Positions 31,602 through 42,442 are shown, counted from the stretch's first letter. The stretch is DNA of 64,000 nucleotides from Candidatus Latescibacterota bacterium (GCA_963667175.2 CAXXXF010000015.1:736001-800000); one strand, 5' to 3'. The notes: a model not told the origin generated them from the letters alone. Program-made: numbers and translations.

Positions 31602-32837
31602 TCATCTGACCGCTTCCCCGGCATCGATGAACGTGAATCCGCTTTTTTCGAGTTCCGGCAGCACGCGTTCGAGCGCAGCCAGCGTGGCTGGCAGCGCTCG
31701 TCCGATGCCGATAACGGTTCCTGAAATGCCCGCCATTTCCGCCAGAGCCTCCACGGACCGCTCGACCGACTCCTGCGTTTCCTTCCGGTCCAGAAACATC
31801 GAGTTTCGTCCGGCAGGCATTCCCTTTTCCTCTGCGACGGACCATGCCTTCGAGCGCGGACTGGTAAAGCTATCTACGAAAAAGAGACCATGGCGGTCCA
31901 CTTCTTCCAATACCGTGCCGATTGCCGCCGTATCCTCCGTCAACCGCGACCCCATATGGTTGTTCAATCCCATTGCCTGAGGCAGATTTGCACGCGCCGA
32001 CCGAATCAGCGATCTGACTTTTTCCGGCGGATGGTCCGTCAACACCGTGTTGGGACCCGGGTCCGGGCGAGGATAACCCAGGGGTTCCATCGACATATAC
32101 ACCATGACTCCGTGTCCGGCCGCGGCCGCCTGTTCGGCAATCCACGCGGATTTTTCCCGGCGCGGAAAGATCGAGAGCGTTATCGTCTGTTTCAACGCGC
32201 AGAATCCCCGAACCAATGCCTCGTCCTGATGCCCGAAATCGACAACAATTATGGCAATTCGGCCCGGCGTCCGGGCGAGCGCTTTTTTTCGTCTCAATAT
32301 GATCTGATTCGTGCGGATGCCATCCCTGCCCAGAACGATCGACAGACTGCCGCGCTTGCGATCCTCAACGGCTTCAACAACGTCGCCGCCCAGGCGCCGG
32401 GCGAGCCGGGTCAGCTGCAGATTGCAGACCGCCAATGGCAACGTGCCGGGCACATCGGAGGTCATCACCCATCGGGCGGTACTTTCGGTGGGAGTCGGGG
32501 AGCGTTTCACGGACACGACCCTGTCGGGAACCCCAAGCTTTTTCAGTACAGCGGGCGCCCGTGATGCCACGGAATCGGCAAACGCCAGCGGACTCGCCGG
32601 AAGCGTGCGCCATTGCGCCTGCTGATTCAACGAGATTTTCCGATCATAAGGAGGAGCATCCATCGTGCGCCACCGCATCCATCCAGCCAGGCCGACGACC
32701 AACGCCAGAAGAAATGCCAGCGACCAGAGGCGAAACGACAACCTTCGCCGCCTGCGGGCCATCCTCTTTCGGCGAGACCGACGGGTCTTTTCCGGCGCGC
32801 CGGCAATACCGGTACGCCTGCGGGACGTCTTTGCCAT
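31602..32837 (-). CDS. divergent polysaccharide deacetylase (YibQ-like) with N-terminal TM
   Basis: MEP, GLNNHMGSRLT, FFVDSFTS, MFLD; basic N-terminus plus TM helix. Confidence 0.85.
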   Translation of the reverse strand: MAKTSRRRTGIAGAPEKTRRSRRKRMARRRRRLSFRLWSLAFLLALVVGLAGWMRWRTMDAPPYDRKISLNQQAQWRTLPASPLAFADSVASRAPAVLKKLGVPDRVVSVKRSPTPTESTARWVMTSDVPGTLPLAVCNLQLTRLARRLGGDVVEAVEDRKRGSLSIVLGRDGIRTNQIILRRKKALARTPGRIAIIVVDFGHQDEALVRGFCALKQTITLSIFPRREKSAWIAEQAAAAGHGVMVYMSMEPLGYPRPDPGPNTVLTDHPPEKVRSLIRSARANLPQAMGLNNHMGSRLTEDTAAIGTVLEEVDRHGLFFVDSFTSPRSKAWSVAEEKGMPAGRNSMFLDRKETQESVERSVEALAEMAGISGTVIGIGRALPATLAALERVLPELEKSGFTFIDAGEAVR

Positions 32838-33014
32838 AGGAGCGAGAGCAAACGTGGAACGCGTGAGGCGAGTCCGGACGCGAGGCGGCTCGGACAAACG
32901 GAGCCAGGTTCGCTTCCGGACAACCGAAACGTAAAGATGACGCGGGATCAATCGGGGGAGAATTGTCGTGCCTGAATTACGGCGCCGGGGAGAAAGAGCG
33001 CGTCCGTGGGGAAT

Positions 33015-33971
33015 TCAGGGCGCCGAAAAACTGATGGGCCGCGGCACAAAACACAGCAGGAAGATGATCAGAGAAACATACCCCATCAGTTTCCGAAACG
33101 GATTGAGGGCCGACTGGGGGTCGTCCGGCGGGGAATGCCGGCGCCCCAACACCAACGCGATAAGTATCCAGATGAGCCAACCCGGCCACCGGGTGTCGAG
33201 CCAGGTGGAAAATCCATGTTGGGCGTAAAACCAGTCATACGGCGGCCCCAGCGCCCACAAGGCGCCAAGCGTGACCAGCGCTATCCTGGAAACCAGCGCG
33301 TGAACCTTCCCCCCTCCGAAGGCATATACAATATGCCCGCCGTCGAACTGTCCCAGCGGCATCAGGTTCAGCGCCGTCACGAATAGACCCAGCCATCCGG
33401 CCACGAAGATCGGATGGTCGTAAATTGCATACCCTTCCGGAAGATCGCCGATAATCTGATTCGCCAGCCAGCCGCCCAGGATGGAATTTCCGAGTGAAAT
33501 CCCGCCCCCGGCGAACGCCGAGACGGGCACGATAACCGACAGATGCAATCCGACGACCAGGGCAAGCAGCGCGACCACGAAGCCGGCAAGCGGTCCGGAC
33601 GCCCCGATGTCCATCAGCGCGCGCCGATTCGGAATGGGGGATCTGATTTTGATTACCGCGCCCAGGGTGCCGATGAAAGAAGGAAACGGAATGAAATAGG
33701 GCAGGGTTGCGCGCACCTTCCAGTGGCGTGAAGTAAGATAGTGCCCCATTTCGTGGATGCCCAGGATCAGAAGCAACGTTCCGGAAAACGGCAGCCCCAT
33801 AATCAGATATTTCGGATTCCACAGCAGGGACAGCGAAAGGGAATCCGGCGGTAAGGACCCTGGAGACACCGCCATGCGCATGGCCACCGCCATTTGCACA
33901 CCTGCCGCTGTTGTCGTGTACGCCGTGAGTGCGAACAACAACACGTTGAGCCGGACGCGGTCACCTGACAA
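33015..33971 (-). CDS. site-2 protease (M50) family
   Basis: HEMGH, LPYFIP, GASGPLAG, LNLMPLGQFDGGH; start uncertain. Confidence 0.92.
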   Translation of the reverse strand: MSGDRVRLNVLLFALTAYTTTAAGVQMAVAMRMAVSPGSLPPDSLSLSLLWNPKYLIMGLPFSGTLLLILGIHEMGHYLTSRHWKVRATLPYFIPFPSFIGTLGAVIKIRSPIPNRRALMDIGASGPLAGFVVALLALVVGLHLSVIVPVSAFAGGGISLGNSILGGWLANQIIGDLPEGYAIYDHPIFVAGWLGLFVTALNLMPLGQFDGGHIVYAFGGGKVHALVSRIALVTLGALWALGPPYDWFYAQHGFSTWLDTRWPGWLIWILIALVLGRRHSPPDDPQSALNPFRKLMGYVSLIIFLLCFVPRPISFSAP

Positions 33972-34044
33972 AAATGCCTCGTTCTCAGCGTGATTTTTCG
34001 TAAAGCGCCAGGTTGACGCGAAGCGGACCCGGTTCCCGCGCCGG

Positions 34045-34968
34045 TTACCTGATTCCGAACTCCAGCCGATGTGAATCGTCGAGCCCCAACGCGGCCGGCA
34101 CGTAGGCATATTCCATCCGCCAACCGCCCGGCTGAATCCCGAATCCGAAGGACCAGTCGCGGATGTCATTCCCCGTACGGTACCCGCTCCGCAGACACAG
34201 CGCACCCTTTACGCGCAGTTCCAGACCTGCATGCATACCCGCGGGACCGTGTCTGGGCGCCCGCAGATCGAGAGAACCGGTCAGCCATTTCGCCCGCCAG
34301 GCGATTCCGGCTCGAAACGTCCCCGGAAGAGGCGCCCTCTGCGCGTCCAGGGCCTCCATCCGACCCAGGTTCCGATAGCTGGCCCCCGCAGTCAGACCCT
34401 TATTCTCAAAGCGGTAGAGTAAGCCGAGATCCACGCTGACTCCGGACGCCCGCTCGGGGCCGATGGATTCGTGCAGTGCGCGCAAGGTTGTGCCCGCGTA
34501 AAACCCCTCCTTGATCCGTCTTGCATAGGAGAGCCCCGCGTTGATTTCGTAGATGCCAAACGTCCCCTGTGGCTGCGCGGATGGCCCGGTGCGCGCTTCG
34601 ATTCCGCTAACGGAATAGATGCCCAGGCTCAGTGCCACGCCGGACCGGCTGTTGCCATATGCCCATCCGCCGTAAATTTGCTGGATTTCCTGAAACGAAC
34701 TGTGATGAGTGATCAGAAAGTCTTTTCCCGTCAGCGCGCCGATGCCCGCCGGATTCCAGGACGCCGCCGTCTGATCGACCGCAACCGCCGTGTACGCGCC
34801 GCCCATCGCCTCCGCGCGGGCGCCTACTCCCTCCCGAAGCAGCACGAATCCGGCGCCCTTACCGGACGCCTCTGCCCCGTCTGCCGATCCCCAAACCAAT
34901 ACAAGACCGCAGACCCACAATATTCGCCGTACGGACCTCACGACAACCTCCCTGCACACGCGAAACAT
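34045..34968 (-). CDS. PorV/PorQ (UPF0164)-like outer-membrane beta-barrel
   Basis: Signal peptide, GVGARAEAMGGAYTA..WNPAG, DLGLLY, C-terminal YAYVP..LDDSHRLEF. Confidence 0.8.
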   Translation of the reverse strand: MFRVCREVVVRSVRRILWVCGLVLVWGSADGAEASGKGAGFVLLREGVGARAEAMGGAYTAVAVDQTAASWNPAGIGALTGKDFLITHHSSFQEIQQIYGGWAYGNSRSGVALSLGIYSVSGIEARTGPSAQPQGTFGIYEINAGLSYARRIKEGFYAGTTLRALHESIGPERASGVSVDLGLLYRFENKGLTAGASYRNLGRMEALDAQRAPLPGTFRAGIAWRAKWLTGSLDLRAPRHGPAGMHAGLELRVKGALCLRSGYRTGNDIRDWSFGFGIQPGGWRMEYAYVPAALGLDDSHRLEFGIR

Positions 34969-34989
34969 GACCTATCACATTTCCTTTAA

Positions 34990-35018
34990 ACTTTAAACAA
35001 TGCAGGCGGAAGAGTCAA
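34990..35018 (-). promoter_or_regulatory. sigma70 promoter for the PorV-like gene
   Basis: TTGACT-17 nt-TAAAGT. Confidence 0.65.
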
Positions 35019-35048
35019 TATTCAATGGAGAACAACTGTGCAAAACCT

Positions 35049-36065
35049 TCATCGCAAGGCCACGTCGTGCGCATTCTCATCCGCCGCTTTCTGAATCCTG
35101 AGCACCGTTCTGGCGGCGCGAATCACCGACACCGTGTGCCGTTCATCGGCTTCCGCGTCGCCCTTGATATCCCTTAAAAACGCCTCCAGGTATCCTCCGG
35201 ACCGATCTTCCGGTATCGGTCGCGTTTCCACCCGTTCCGAATCCTTCCACGCAACCTGGATGGTATCCTGTGTGGTACCTGCTTCGAGCACGCCGTCCCT
35301 GCCCCAGAACGTGTAACGCCAGTAGAACGGCAGGGAATATCCCGCTTTGTCGGGCATGAAGTACGACACGTCTCCGAGCACGCCGCAACCGTTGTCCATC
35401 GTCAACATCATCTGGGCGCCGTCGTGAAAATGTGGAAACTCCGGTGCGAATGCATTCCAGCATCTGGCGGCGTTCACCAATTCGAATTCCAGGCCCGTAA
35501 TCCACGGAAGGCAGTCGATTGCGTGAATGGCAAGGTCGTTGATCGTGCCTCCGTGTTTCCCCTCCTCGAAATACCAGCCGGGGCGCTTGCCAAGCATCAG
35601 CGGATGCTGCCCGCCGAATGAAATCGCGTGGACCTCCCCGATCGTTCCCTCCCGGATCAACTTCCTCGCGCCGATGGTCTGGCCGTGGTCCCGCATCGAT
35701 AGCATGCATCCTACCCTTACGTCTATCTCATCCGCGATCCGTTCAATTTCGTCGAGTTCGTCGAGGCTGGTGCACAATGGTTTATCCAGGATGACATGCT
35801 TTCCCGCGTTTAAAGCGTCAATGGCCGCACTGCCGCGACGGGCGAAATATTCTCCGATGGCCACGACGTCGCAATCCACGTCGCGCAACATCCCCGAGGG
35901 GTCCGAATGCGTGATTCTTGCCCCCGCCTCCTCAGCCGCCGCACGCGCCGTCTCATCCGATTCGCAGGCGCCCACCACCTCCACGTCATCGTGCGCGACC
36001 GCCCTTCTGTACAGATCGTGAATATGCGCATGACGAAATCCGACAAAAGCAAACCGAACCGACAT
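35049..36065 (-). CDS. Gfo/Idh/MocA oxidoreductase
   Basis: AGKHVILDKPL, GTIGEV, GGTINDLAIHAID. Confidence 0.88.
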   Translation of the reverse strand: MSVRFAFVGFRHAHIHDLYRRAVAHDDVEVVGACESDETARAAAEEAGARITHSDPSGMLRDVDCDVVAIGEYFARRGSAAIDALNAGKHVILDKPLCTSLDELDEIERIADEIDVRVGCMLSMRDHGQTIGARKLIREGTIGEVHAISFGGQHPLMLGKRPGWYFEEGKHGGTINDLAIHAIDCLPWITGLEFELVNAARCWNAFAPEFPHFHDGAQMMLTMDNGCGVLGDVSYFMPDKAGYSLPFYWRYTFWGRDGVLEAGTTQDTIQVAWKDSERVETRPIPEDRSGGYLEAFLRDIKGDAEADERHTVSVIRAARTVLRIQKAADENAHDVALR

Positions 36066-36273
36066 ATCGCCTCCAGGTCTGATCAATCGAGATGAATATC
36101 AGTTTTCCCTTTCGCGTTCCAGGCTGTTACATTACCATTCTTACAATATACCTTACGAGCGAATCGAAATCCTGAAAAAACGCCAGCAGAAAGTCTGCCG
36201 GACCATCGCTGTCCGTGAACGGCACGGGCGGGGATTTGCTCACAAACCCGTTTCATCCGCCAGAGGCGCCGAT

Positions 36274-37113
36274 ATGCCGAATCTACTCAGCCAACAACAA
36301 CTCGCCTTTTTCGACACGTTCGGCTATCTGTGCCTGCCGGGGCTGATGTCGGACGTTATCGACGACATCATCGACGCATTCGAGCAGGTCTGGGCGGACC
36401 GCGGAGGCGGCCACCACGGAAAGCCGCACGACGGAGAGCGGCGGTCCTGTATCGTACCGTTTATCGACCAGCACGAACGACTCTGCGCACTGCTCGACGA
36501 TCCCCGCATCAACGGATTGCTCGTCGACCTGCTCGGTTGCGACTACAACTACGTCGGCTCCGACGGCAACTACTATGCCGGCGATACCGTCTGGCATTCC
36601 GACGGGTGGGGCAAAACCGTCCGATTCGTCAAGATCGCCTTCTACCTCGATCCCCTGACCCGGTACACGGGCTGTCTGAGAGTGATCCCGGGGAGCCATA
36701 ACCTGGAGGATCGCTTCGGCCAAACCGTGCAGGAACAGATCCGGGAATCCGTGCGCAACTGGGGTGTCGAAGGCGAAGACCTCCTTCCCGGGGTCGGGCT
36801 GGAAACCCACCCGGGAGATATCGCCGTTTTCAACCACAACCTCAAACACGCCGCTTTCGGCGGCAGCCCCAGAAGACGCATGTTCACCATCAACTGTTCA
36901 CAGCGCTTTCCCGAGGATAGAATCGAAGACTTCAAGAGTTACATTTCCGGCCATGCCCGTTTCTGGATCGACCGGTTATACGGCGAGACGATGGTCGCAA
37001 CCGCCGGCCCCGCACGCCGGATCCACCTCGAGCAGGGTCTGGCGCACGACGGCCACCTGGCCGAACTGGCGGCCAGGTCCCGGAAGGAGATGCCCGAACC
37101 TTCCCGGGGATGA
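36274..37113 (+). CDS. PhyH-family dioxygenase
   Basis: FFDTFGYL, WHSD, YLDPL..GCLRVIPGSH, PGDIAVFNHNLKHAA. Confidence 0.9.
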   Translation: MPNLLSQQQLAFFDTFGYLCLPGLMSDVIDDIIDAFEQVWADRGGGHHGKPHDGERRSCIVPFIDQHERLCALLDDPRINGLLVDLLGCDYNYVGSDGNYYAGDTVWHSDGWGKTVRFVKIAFYLDPLTRYTGCLRVIPGSHNLEDRFGQTVQEQIRESVRNWGVEGEDLLPGVGLETHPGDIAVFNHNLKHAAFGGSPRRRMFTINCSQRFPEDRIEDFKSYISGHARFWIDRLYGETMVATAGPARRIHLEQGLAHDGHLAELAARSRKEMPEPSRG

Positions 37114-37206
37114 ACAGCGCGGGCGGAGATTGCGTTGAGGGTTCGAGGGGGTATTCGGTTTTGCCTGAGTAAAGGCGTCGTTCCTGGACGGCGCCGGTTT
37201 GGTGAC

Positions 37207-37410
37207 TCACTGAAGGAGGGATTCGATTAGATGAACAACGACGCATGCCAGGACAACGCCAAGCGTCCACTTAATCAGCTTGATGTCGCTTTGCATGGCT
37301 GATGGCTTCCGTTCGAAATCGGCTATTTCTTCGGCGGTTTCTCTGGCGGCTTCTTCCGGGGCGCCGGCGGCGACAAGAGCGGCGTATGTCTTCGAGAGCA
37401 TGATGGGCAT
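37207..37410 (-). CDS. small coiled-coil plus TM protein (DUF1640/CCDC90-like)
   Basis: YAALVAAGAPEEAARETAEEI..SDIKLIKWTLGVV. Confidence 0.65.
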   Translation of the reverse strand: MPIMLSKTYAALVAAGAPEEAARETAEEIADFERKPSAMQSDIKLIKWTLGVVLACVVVHLIESLLQ

Positions 37411-37607
37411 TTGCTATCCCTTCCGATTGAACGTTTGAGAATGGCACAATGCCCTTGACACGCAGATCATCGAGGCCTTGTCCATTCGTCAGGAGCCATC
37501 GATACAAGATACACACTTGCCGCCTAATTGAAAAGATACTTGGTCGTTCACGTGAGTACGAATTGGAGGAATCTCTGGTCTTTACCTGTTGTACGAGCCC
37601 TGTGCCA

Positions 37608-37817
37608 GTGTCCTATCCCAAAATTACCTCACCATTCTTCCGCCTGCCTGCGCAGCGTACTGCGCTGCAGGCAGGCAGTTTCATCCCGTCTCCTGATGTT
37701 GCTTGCGCTGAGCTTGTCGAAGTGCCATCGCTCGCCGACCGTGCCAGGTCGCTGGCGCCTTGCGAGCCGGGCGACTCTGCGGCCGAATTCAGGCGCCTTA
37801 TTTCCGTGACAGAACAT
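37608..37817. mobile_element. putative MITE carrying nested palindromic repeats
   Basis: Imperfect terminal IRs GTGTCCTATCCCAAAATTA and (rc) ATGTTCTGTCACGGAAATA; internal CCTGCCTGC..GCAGGCAGG and GCTGAGCTTGTCGAAG units; no transposase. Confidence 0.4.
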
Positions 37818-37821
37818 CAGG

Positions 37822-39084
37822 TCATTCGATATATCCCAGATTTCTCAATCTTGATGCCAGAATGTCGGCCTCGGCTTGTGTGGTTTCCTGTGCTTGAAGG
37901 TGTATGTAATTCGACCCGTTCAGAATCTCGTTCCGTGCAGCCCTGTACGGTCCGGAATCGATGAACGGCAGGTCCGCACCGCTGAACACGTCCCGCAGCA
38001 CGCAATCCTTGCCGTCCTCTCCTTCTCTGTAGAATACATGCCCGTCCGAAACCGACCACATGCGTAAACCATCCACGTCCCGCTTCAGTTCCACGCCGTC
38101 CATCGCCACGCGCGAAGTCACCCGTTCGCGGGCGGCCTCCAGGTTTCCCGGATTCAGGAATCCCGAGCCGTAGGAATTGTCGAGTTCCGAGTACACCCAG
38201 CGGCGCCCAAAGGGTTCCGCACTCCCCAGAAAATCGAGACCATATCCTTTATAGTCTGCCTCGAGTCCGGCCAGGTTGACGACCGTGGGGAACAGATCGA
38301 CCATTGACATCGGCCCCGTGGGCAGCCGTAACCCATCGTGTCCCGGGACGGATGCCAGCAGCGGCACGTGGATGACGTTCTCATGCAGGAGGTCCCCGTG
38401 CGCCAACCCCTCCTTGCAGAACCCTTCCCCATGATCGCCCAGAATAAACACTGCCCAGTCGTCAAGATTCACACGCTTCAGGATCTCCACGAGCAGGAAT
38501 TCCTGCACGTGCGTCGCCGCCGCGTAGTAGAACCGCAGCGCCTCCTGCACCTTGCCGGCATCCACCAGCGCTTTAAGATTCGGCGTTCCCGGAATCCCCC
38601 TCGCCCCGTATCCGCCATGCGTATACCAGAAATGCAAGAAACAAAACCGCGGCCTGTCCACGCCTTCGAATGCCGAATGCAACAGGTCTTCCAACGAACC
38701 GAGATGCTGATCCGTCGCACTGGGATCCATGGGTCCGATATGACGCTCGTAGTCCAGAAAACGGAACACGTCCATCCGCTCGGAGCGGCCATGGATTTCA
38801 AAGCCCGCCTCGGAGAACAACTGAAACAGATTCGGAATCCCCGCGAACATCTTCAGATACGTCTGCCCGTACAGTCCGTGCTCAAACGGGTACAGCCCTG
38901 TAAACATGGAGGTGTGAGACGGGCGCGTTGCCGGCGCCGTCACGAAAAACCGCTCGGCGAACGCATAATCCCTTGTCAACAGGTCGAATTTGGGGGTATT
39001 CAGCCGGCGATTGACGCGGCTCACCGCATCGTAACGAAGGCAGTCGACGGAAATCAGCAGAAACTTGCCAACCGGGTGACCCAT
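37822..39084 (-). CDS. sulfatase-like (alkaline phosphatase superfamily) hydrolase/transferase
   Basis: ISVDCLRYD, TRPSHTSMFTGLYPFEHG, GDHGE, HVPL, RLRNLGYIE. Confidence 0.88.
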   Translation of the reverse strand: MGHPVGKFLLISVDCLRYDAVSRVNRRLNTPKFDLLTRDYAFAERFFVTAPATRPSHTSMFTGLYPFEHGLYGQTYLKMFAGIPNLFQLFSEAGFEIHGRSERMDVFRFLDYERHIGPMDPSATDQHLGSLEDLLHSAFEGVDRPRFCFLHFWYTHGGYGARGIPGTPNLKALVDAGKVQEALRFYYAAATHVQEFLLVEILKRVNLDDWAVFILGDHGEGFCKEGLAHGDLLHENVIHVPLLASVPGHDGLRLPTGPMSMVDLFPTVVNLAGLEADYKGYGLDFLGSAEPFGRRWVYSELDNSYGSGFLNPGNLEAARERVTSRVAMDGVELKRDVDGLRMWSVSDGHVFYREGEDGKDCVLRDVFSGADLPFIDSGPYRAARNEILNGSNYIHLQAQETTQAEADILASRLRNLGYIE

Positions 39085-39197
39085 AGCTATACGGAATTCG
39101 CATGGATGGACAGGACGGGAACACGTAAGCTCGAAGACCATAATAAAGTCCAGAATCCCCCGTTTGGCAAGTACATCGATCCCGATTTATTCATAAG

Positions 39198-39225
39198 TTG
39201 ACAACCCACAAATCCCGTTTATCAT
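39198..39225 (+). promoter_or_regulatory. sigma70 promoter for the 39.2-49.9 kb locus
   Basis: TTGACA-16 nt-TATCAT. Confidence 0.65.
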
Positions 39226-39255
39226 GTCCGAGGGTCCTTATTCCTGAGAACAATT

Positions 39256-40335
39256 ATGGTACCTACCGGGCGCGGATTCGACCTGCGCGGCACGCTCGAA
39301 TGCGGCTGGAATATATTCAGACGCAAGGGATATTCAAATCATCCGCGGGACATATCCGTCAATCATGCCTATATTGACCACCTTGCCGAGTCCGGACTCA
39401 ACTGTCTGGTCGTGTTCTGGACCAATGTCAGAGGTTTTAACGACGCGTGGTATGAGGCAGTGGAACATGCCCATACCGTCGGTCTGAAGCTCATACGCGC
39501 CATCTACGGATTCAGCGGCGGCGGTTCCGAATACACCATGGCGGAACCGGACGCGCCGGCGCATCTGCTGCGCCCGGCCGCGAAAGGACGGGAACTCGCC
39601 CTCTGTCCGCACGACGCTGAAACACGCGCCTGGATGGGTGGTATCCTGGCCGATCGACTCGCGCCCGGCGTGGACGGCATCGACGTCGAGCCCGCGCGTG
39701 AAATCGGCCGAAACTGCGTATGCGAACGCTGCAGTACGCTTCGTCCGTTTCAATGGGATGCCTATGTGATCGGTTTTCTGGCGGAACGGATATACGCCAT
39801 CAGGCCGGATGCCGAAATCCTTCTACACCTCAGTATGGCGCCGGATAAAGCCGGAAAACAGCAGATGTCGAATGACCTGCAGTGCCTGCCCGAATCCATC
39901 CGTCACATCTTCGCCTGGGGCGCTGACGACGAAGCAAGCCTCGTCGACTGGCTTGACGCGGATTCCAGATTCGAACACTTCGCCAAACTCGGCCGCGTCC
40001 TCCTGTTTCCGGACGGGACGACCGCGGGACTGTCCGTCCAGGAGCGCGTTACCCGCACCTTTCGGTGGTGCAGTCTGGCTGCGGACCGGGGGAAGGCCGG
40101 ATACCTCTTCGATTACCGCATTTTCGGGGGAAGAGAATGGCAGGGGCACGCAAACGAAGTCCCCCGAACCCGAACCGGCGGCAAAAGGCCCGCATCGGTC
40201 GCCCTGATGGGCGCCGCCATGAAGAATCCGTATTTGAACACGGCCGGCCGGCTTGAACTCATCGCCCGCCTGAAGTCCGAGTGCGACTGGGACCTGGATA
40301 ATCCCGCTCGTTTCTACAATTCACCCGCCGGATAA
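39256..40335 (+). CDS. hypothetical protein, possible GH-like TIM barrel with CxCxxC
   Basis: 359 aa ORF; YIDHLAESGLN, LCP, VDGIDVEP..NCVCERC. Confidence 0.75.
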   Translation: MVPTGRGFDLRGTLECGWNIFRRKGYSNHPRDISVNHAYIDHLAESGLNCLVVFWTNVRGFNDAWYEAVEHAHTVGLKLIRAIYGFSGGGSEYTMAEPDAPAHLLRPAAKGRELALCPHDAETRAWMGGILADRLAPGVDGIDVEPAREIGRNCVCERCSTLRPFQWDAYVIGFLAERIYAIRPDAEILLHLSMAPDKAGKQQMSNDLQCLPESIRHIFAWGADDEASLVDWLDADSRFEHFAKLGRVLLFPDGTTAGLSVQERVTRTFRWCSLAADRGKAGYLFDYRIFGGREWQGHANEVPRTRTGGKRPASVALMGAAMKNPYLNTAGRLELIARLKSECDWDLDNPARFYNSPAG

Positions 40336-40353
40336 ATTCTCCCGTTCAATTCA

Positions 40354-42326
40354 ATGCCGGAAACAGCCAAGCCTCTCATCGCCCTCCAGACTGAATCCGC
40401 GTCGGTTCCCGCCGGCCGCGGCGTCACGCTCCGATCCATCTTTCTGGCCGTGCTCGTCTCCGTCGCCGGGTGCGTCTGGGTCAATTACATCGAGTACGTC
40501 ATCCACGCCTCCCGCATGACCCTCAGCCACTTTCCCATGGGTTCGCTGATGGTCTACCTGGCGCTCGCCCTGGTTCTCGATCCGCTGTGCAAGAAACTCG
40601 CCGCGAGATACGCGCTCTCGCCCACGGAACTCAAGGTTATCCTGGCCGGCGGCCTGGTTGGCGGCGCCATCCCTTCGGTTGGACTGACGGGCTATTTCCT
40701 GGGCGCAATCGCCGCGCCGTACTATTTCGCAACGCCGGAGAACCAGTGGGGCGAGTTCTTCCACCCCTACATTCCCCAATGGCTGGCGCCGCGCAACGTC
40801 AATCACGCACTGGACCACCTGTTTGAAGGCGGTCCGCCCGGCATGGACATTCCCTGGGAGGTCTGGTACATCCCCCTGGCCGCGTGGATGGCCTTGATTA
40901 CGGCCCTTTTTGTGGCCTCCACCAGCCTTTCCGTTATACTCCGACGCCAATGGGTGGAGAGCGAACGGTTGAGTTACCCGATCCTGCGCCCGGTCCTGGA
41001 TCTCACCGACCGGGAGAAGCCCGGGTTTTCGAGGCGTTTCTGGATCGGTTTCGCCGTTGCCATGGGAATTATCAGTTGGAACATGATCCACTACTTTGTA
41101 CCCGGATTTCCGCAGATTCCAAATATCCGCTGGGGTCCCTGGGTGCATTTTGAACGATACTTCCCCGGTATCTGGACCCGCGTCAATATGTTCACCATCT
41201 CCTTCGCCTACTTCGCCAACATCGACGTCCTCTTCAGCCTCTGGTTCTTCTGCGTCCTGTTTATCGTGCGCAGCGGCATCCTCAATCGGTACGGCTACAA
41301 TGCCAGCAGCACCTACACGACGAGCGGCGAGTTCGCCTGGCTTCAACTCGGCGGATTCGTCACGCTGGTTGGTTGGGGATTGTGGATCGCCCGACACCAC
41401 TTGAGATCGGTGATGAGGATCGCCATCGGCCGAAGCGCGTCCCTGGACGATGCCGACGAAATGATGAGATACCGAACAGCCGTGCTCGGTTTCATCCTGA
41501 GCACACTTTTCGCCATATTCTGGTTCTGGCGCGCCGGCATGGGGTTCGGGGTTGCCTGCCTTTCCGTCCTGGCAACTCTGATTATATTCCTTGGCGTATC
41601 CCGAATCGTGGCCGAAGTCGGCCTGGTTTTCGTCTGCACGCCGATTGGCCAGCAGGAAATCGTCACCCGGCTGATCGGGCCGCGGAATCTTTCAGGGCCG
41701 AGCCTCACTGTGCTGGCTTTTTCGAACGCACTGACGTCGTTCGGCAAGGGCCTGTTCATGCCCTCCGTCGTCCACGCCACAAAGATCGCCGACCTCTGCC
41801 CTCGCGAAGACCGCCCCAGGGTCCTGACCGCGATCTTTCTTGCGTTCGCCGCGGGCGTGGCCGCGTCCATCGCTTATACCCTCTACCTGGGATACACCCA
41901 CGGGGCCTACAATTTCAACGATTTTCCGTTCACCAGATACAGCCGGAGCGGCTTCGCGAACGCGCTTTCGAAGATGAAGGATCCGGCGGTCGAGACCAAT
42001 ATCCGACCGATCCTCCTGGCATTGGCGCAGCCGTCATGTCCGTCCTTACGTTTATGAAATAACCGCTTTCCCTGGTGGCCGCTTCACCCGGTGGGTTTTG
42101 CCATTGCCGGGCATCTCATACGTTCCACTTTTTCCACCTTTTCGGTGTTCATCGCGTGGTGCATCAAGTTCATCATCCTGCGCATCGGCGCCGCCGCCCT
42201 GTACCGACGTTATATCCCGTTTTTTCTGGGGCGTCCTGGCGGGCTATACCGCCGGCGTGGGGCTTTCTCTGGTCGTGGACATCATCTGGTTCCCCGGCGC
42301 GGGCCATTCGATTCAACGGATATTGA
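40354..42326 (+). CDS. DUF6785/DUF6784-like polytopic membrane protein (putative transporter), frameshifted at the 3' end
   Basis: GVTLRSI, YFATPENQW, QWVESERLSYP, RIVAEVG; C-terminal RFPWWPLHPVGF and FLGVLAG..VDIIWFPG recoverable across at least 3 indels after 42015. Confidence 0.8.
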
Positions 42327-42442
42327 ACATTAACGGCGACGGACGGGTGAAGGCGCATGTTCACGTCAACGGGAGATGAAGATCACGGACTGCGGTGCGC
42401 ACGGTGTTTTTTTCGCGCCCCGGAATCCGGGAGGTCGCCGTT

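Noticed and set aside
37113-37206. Possible tRNA (GGTTCGA)
   Set aside because: No cloverleaf or acceptor stem can be formed
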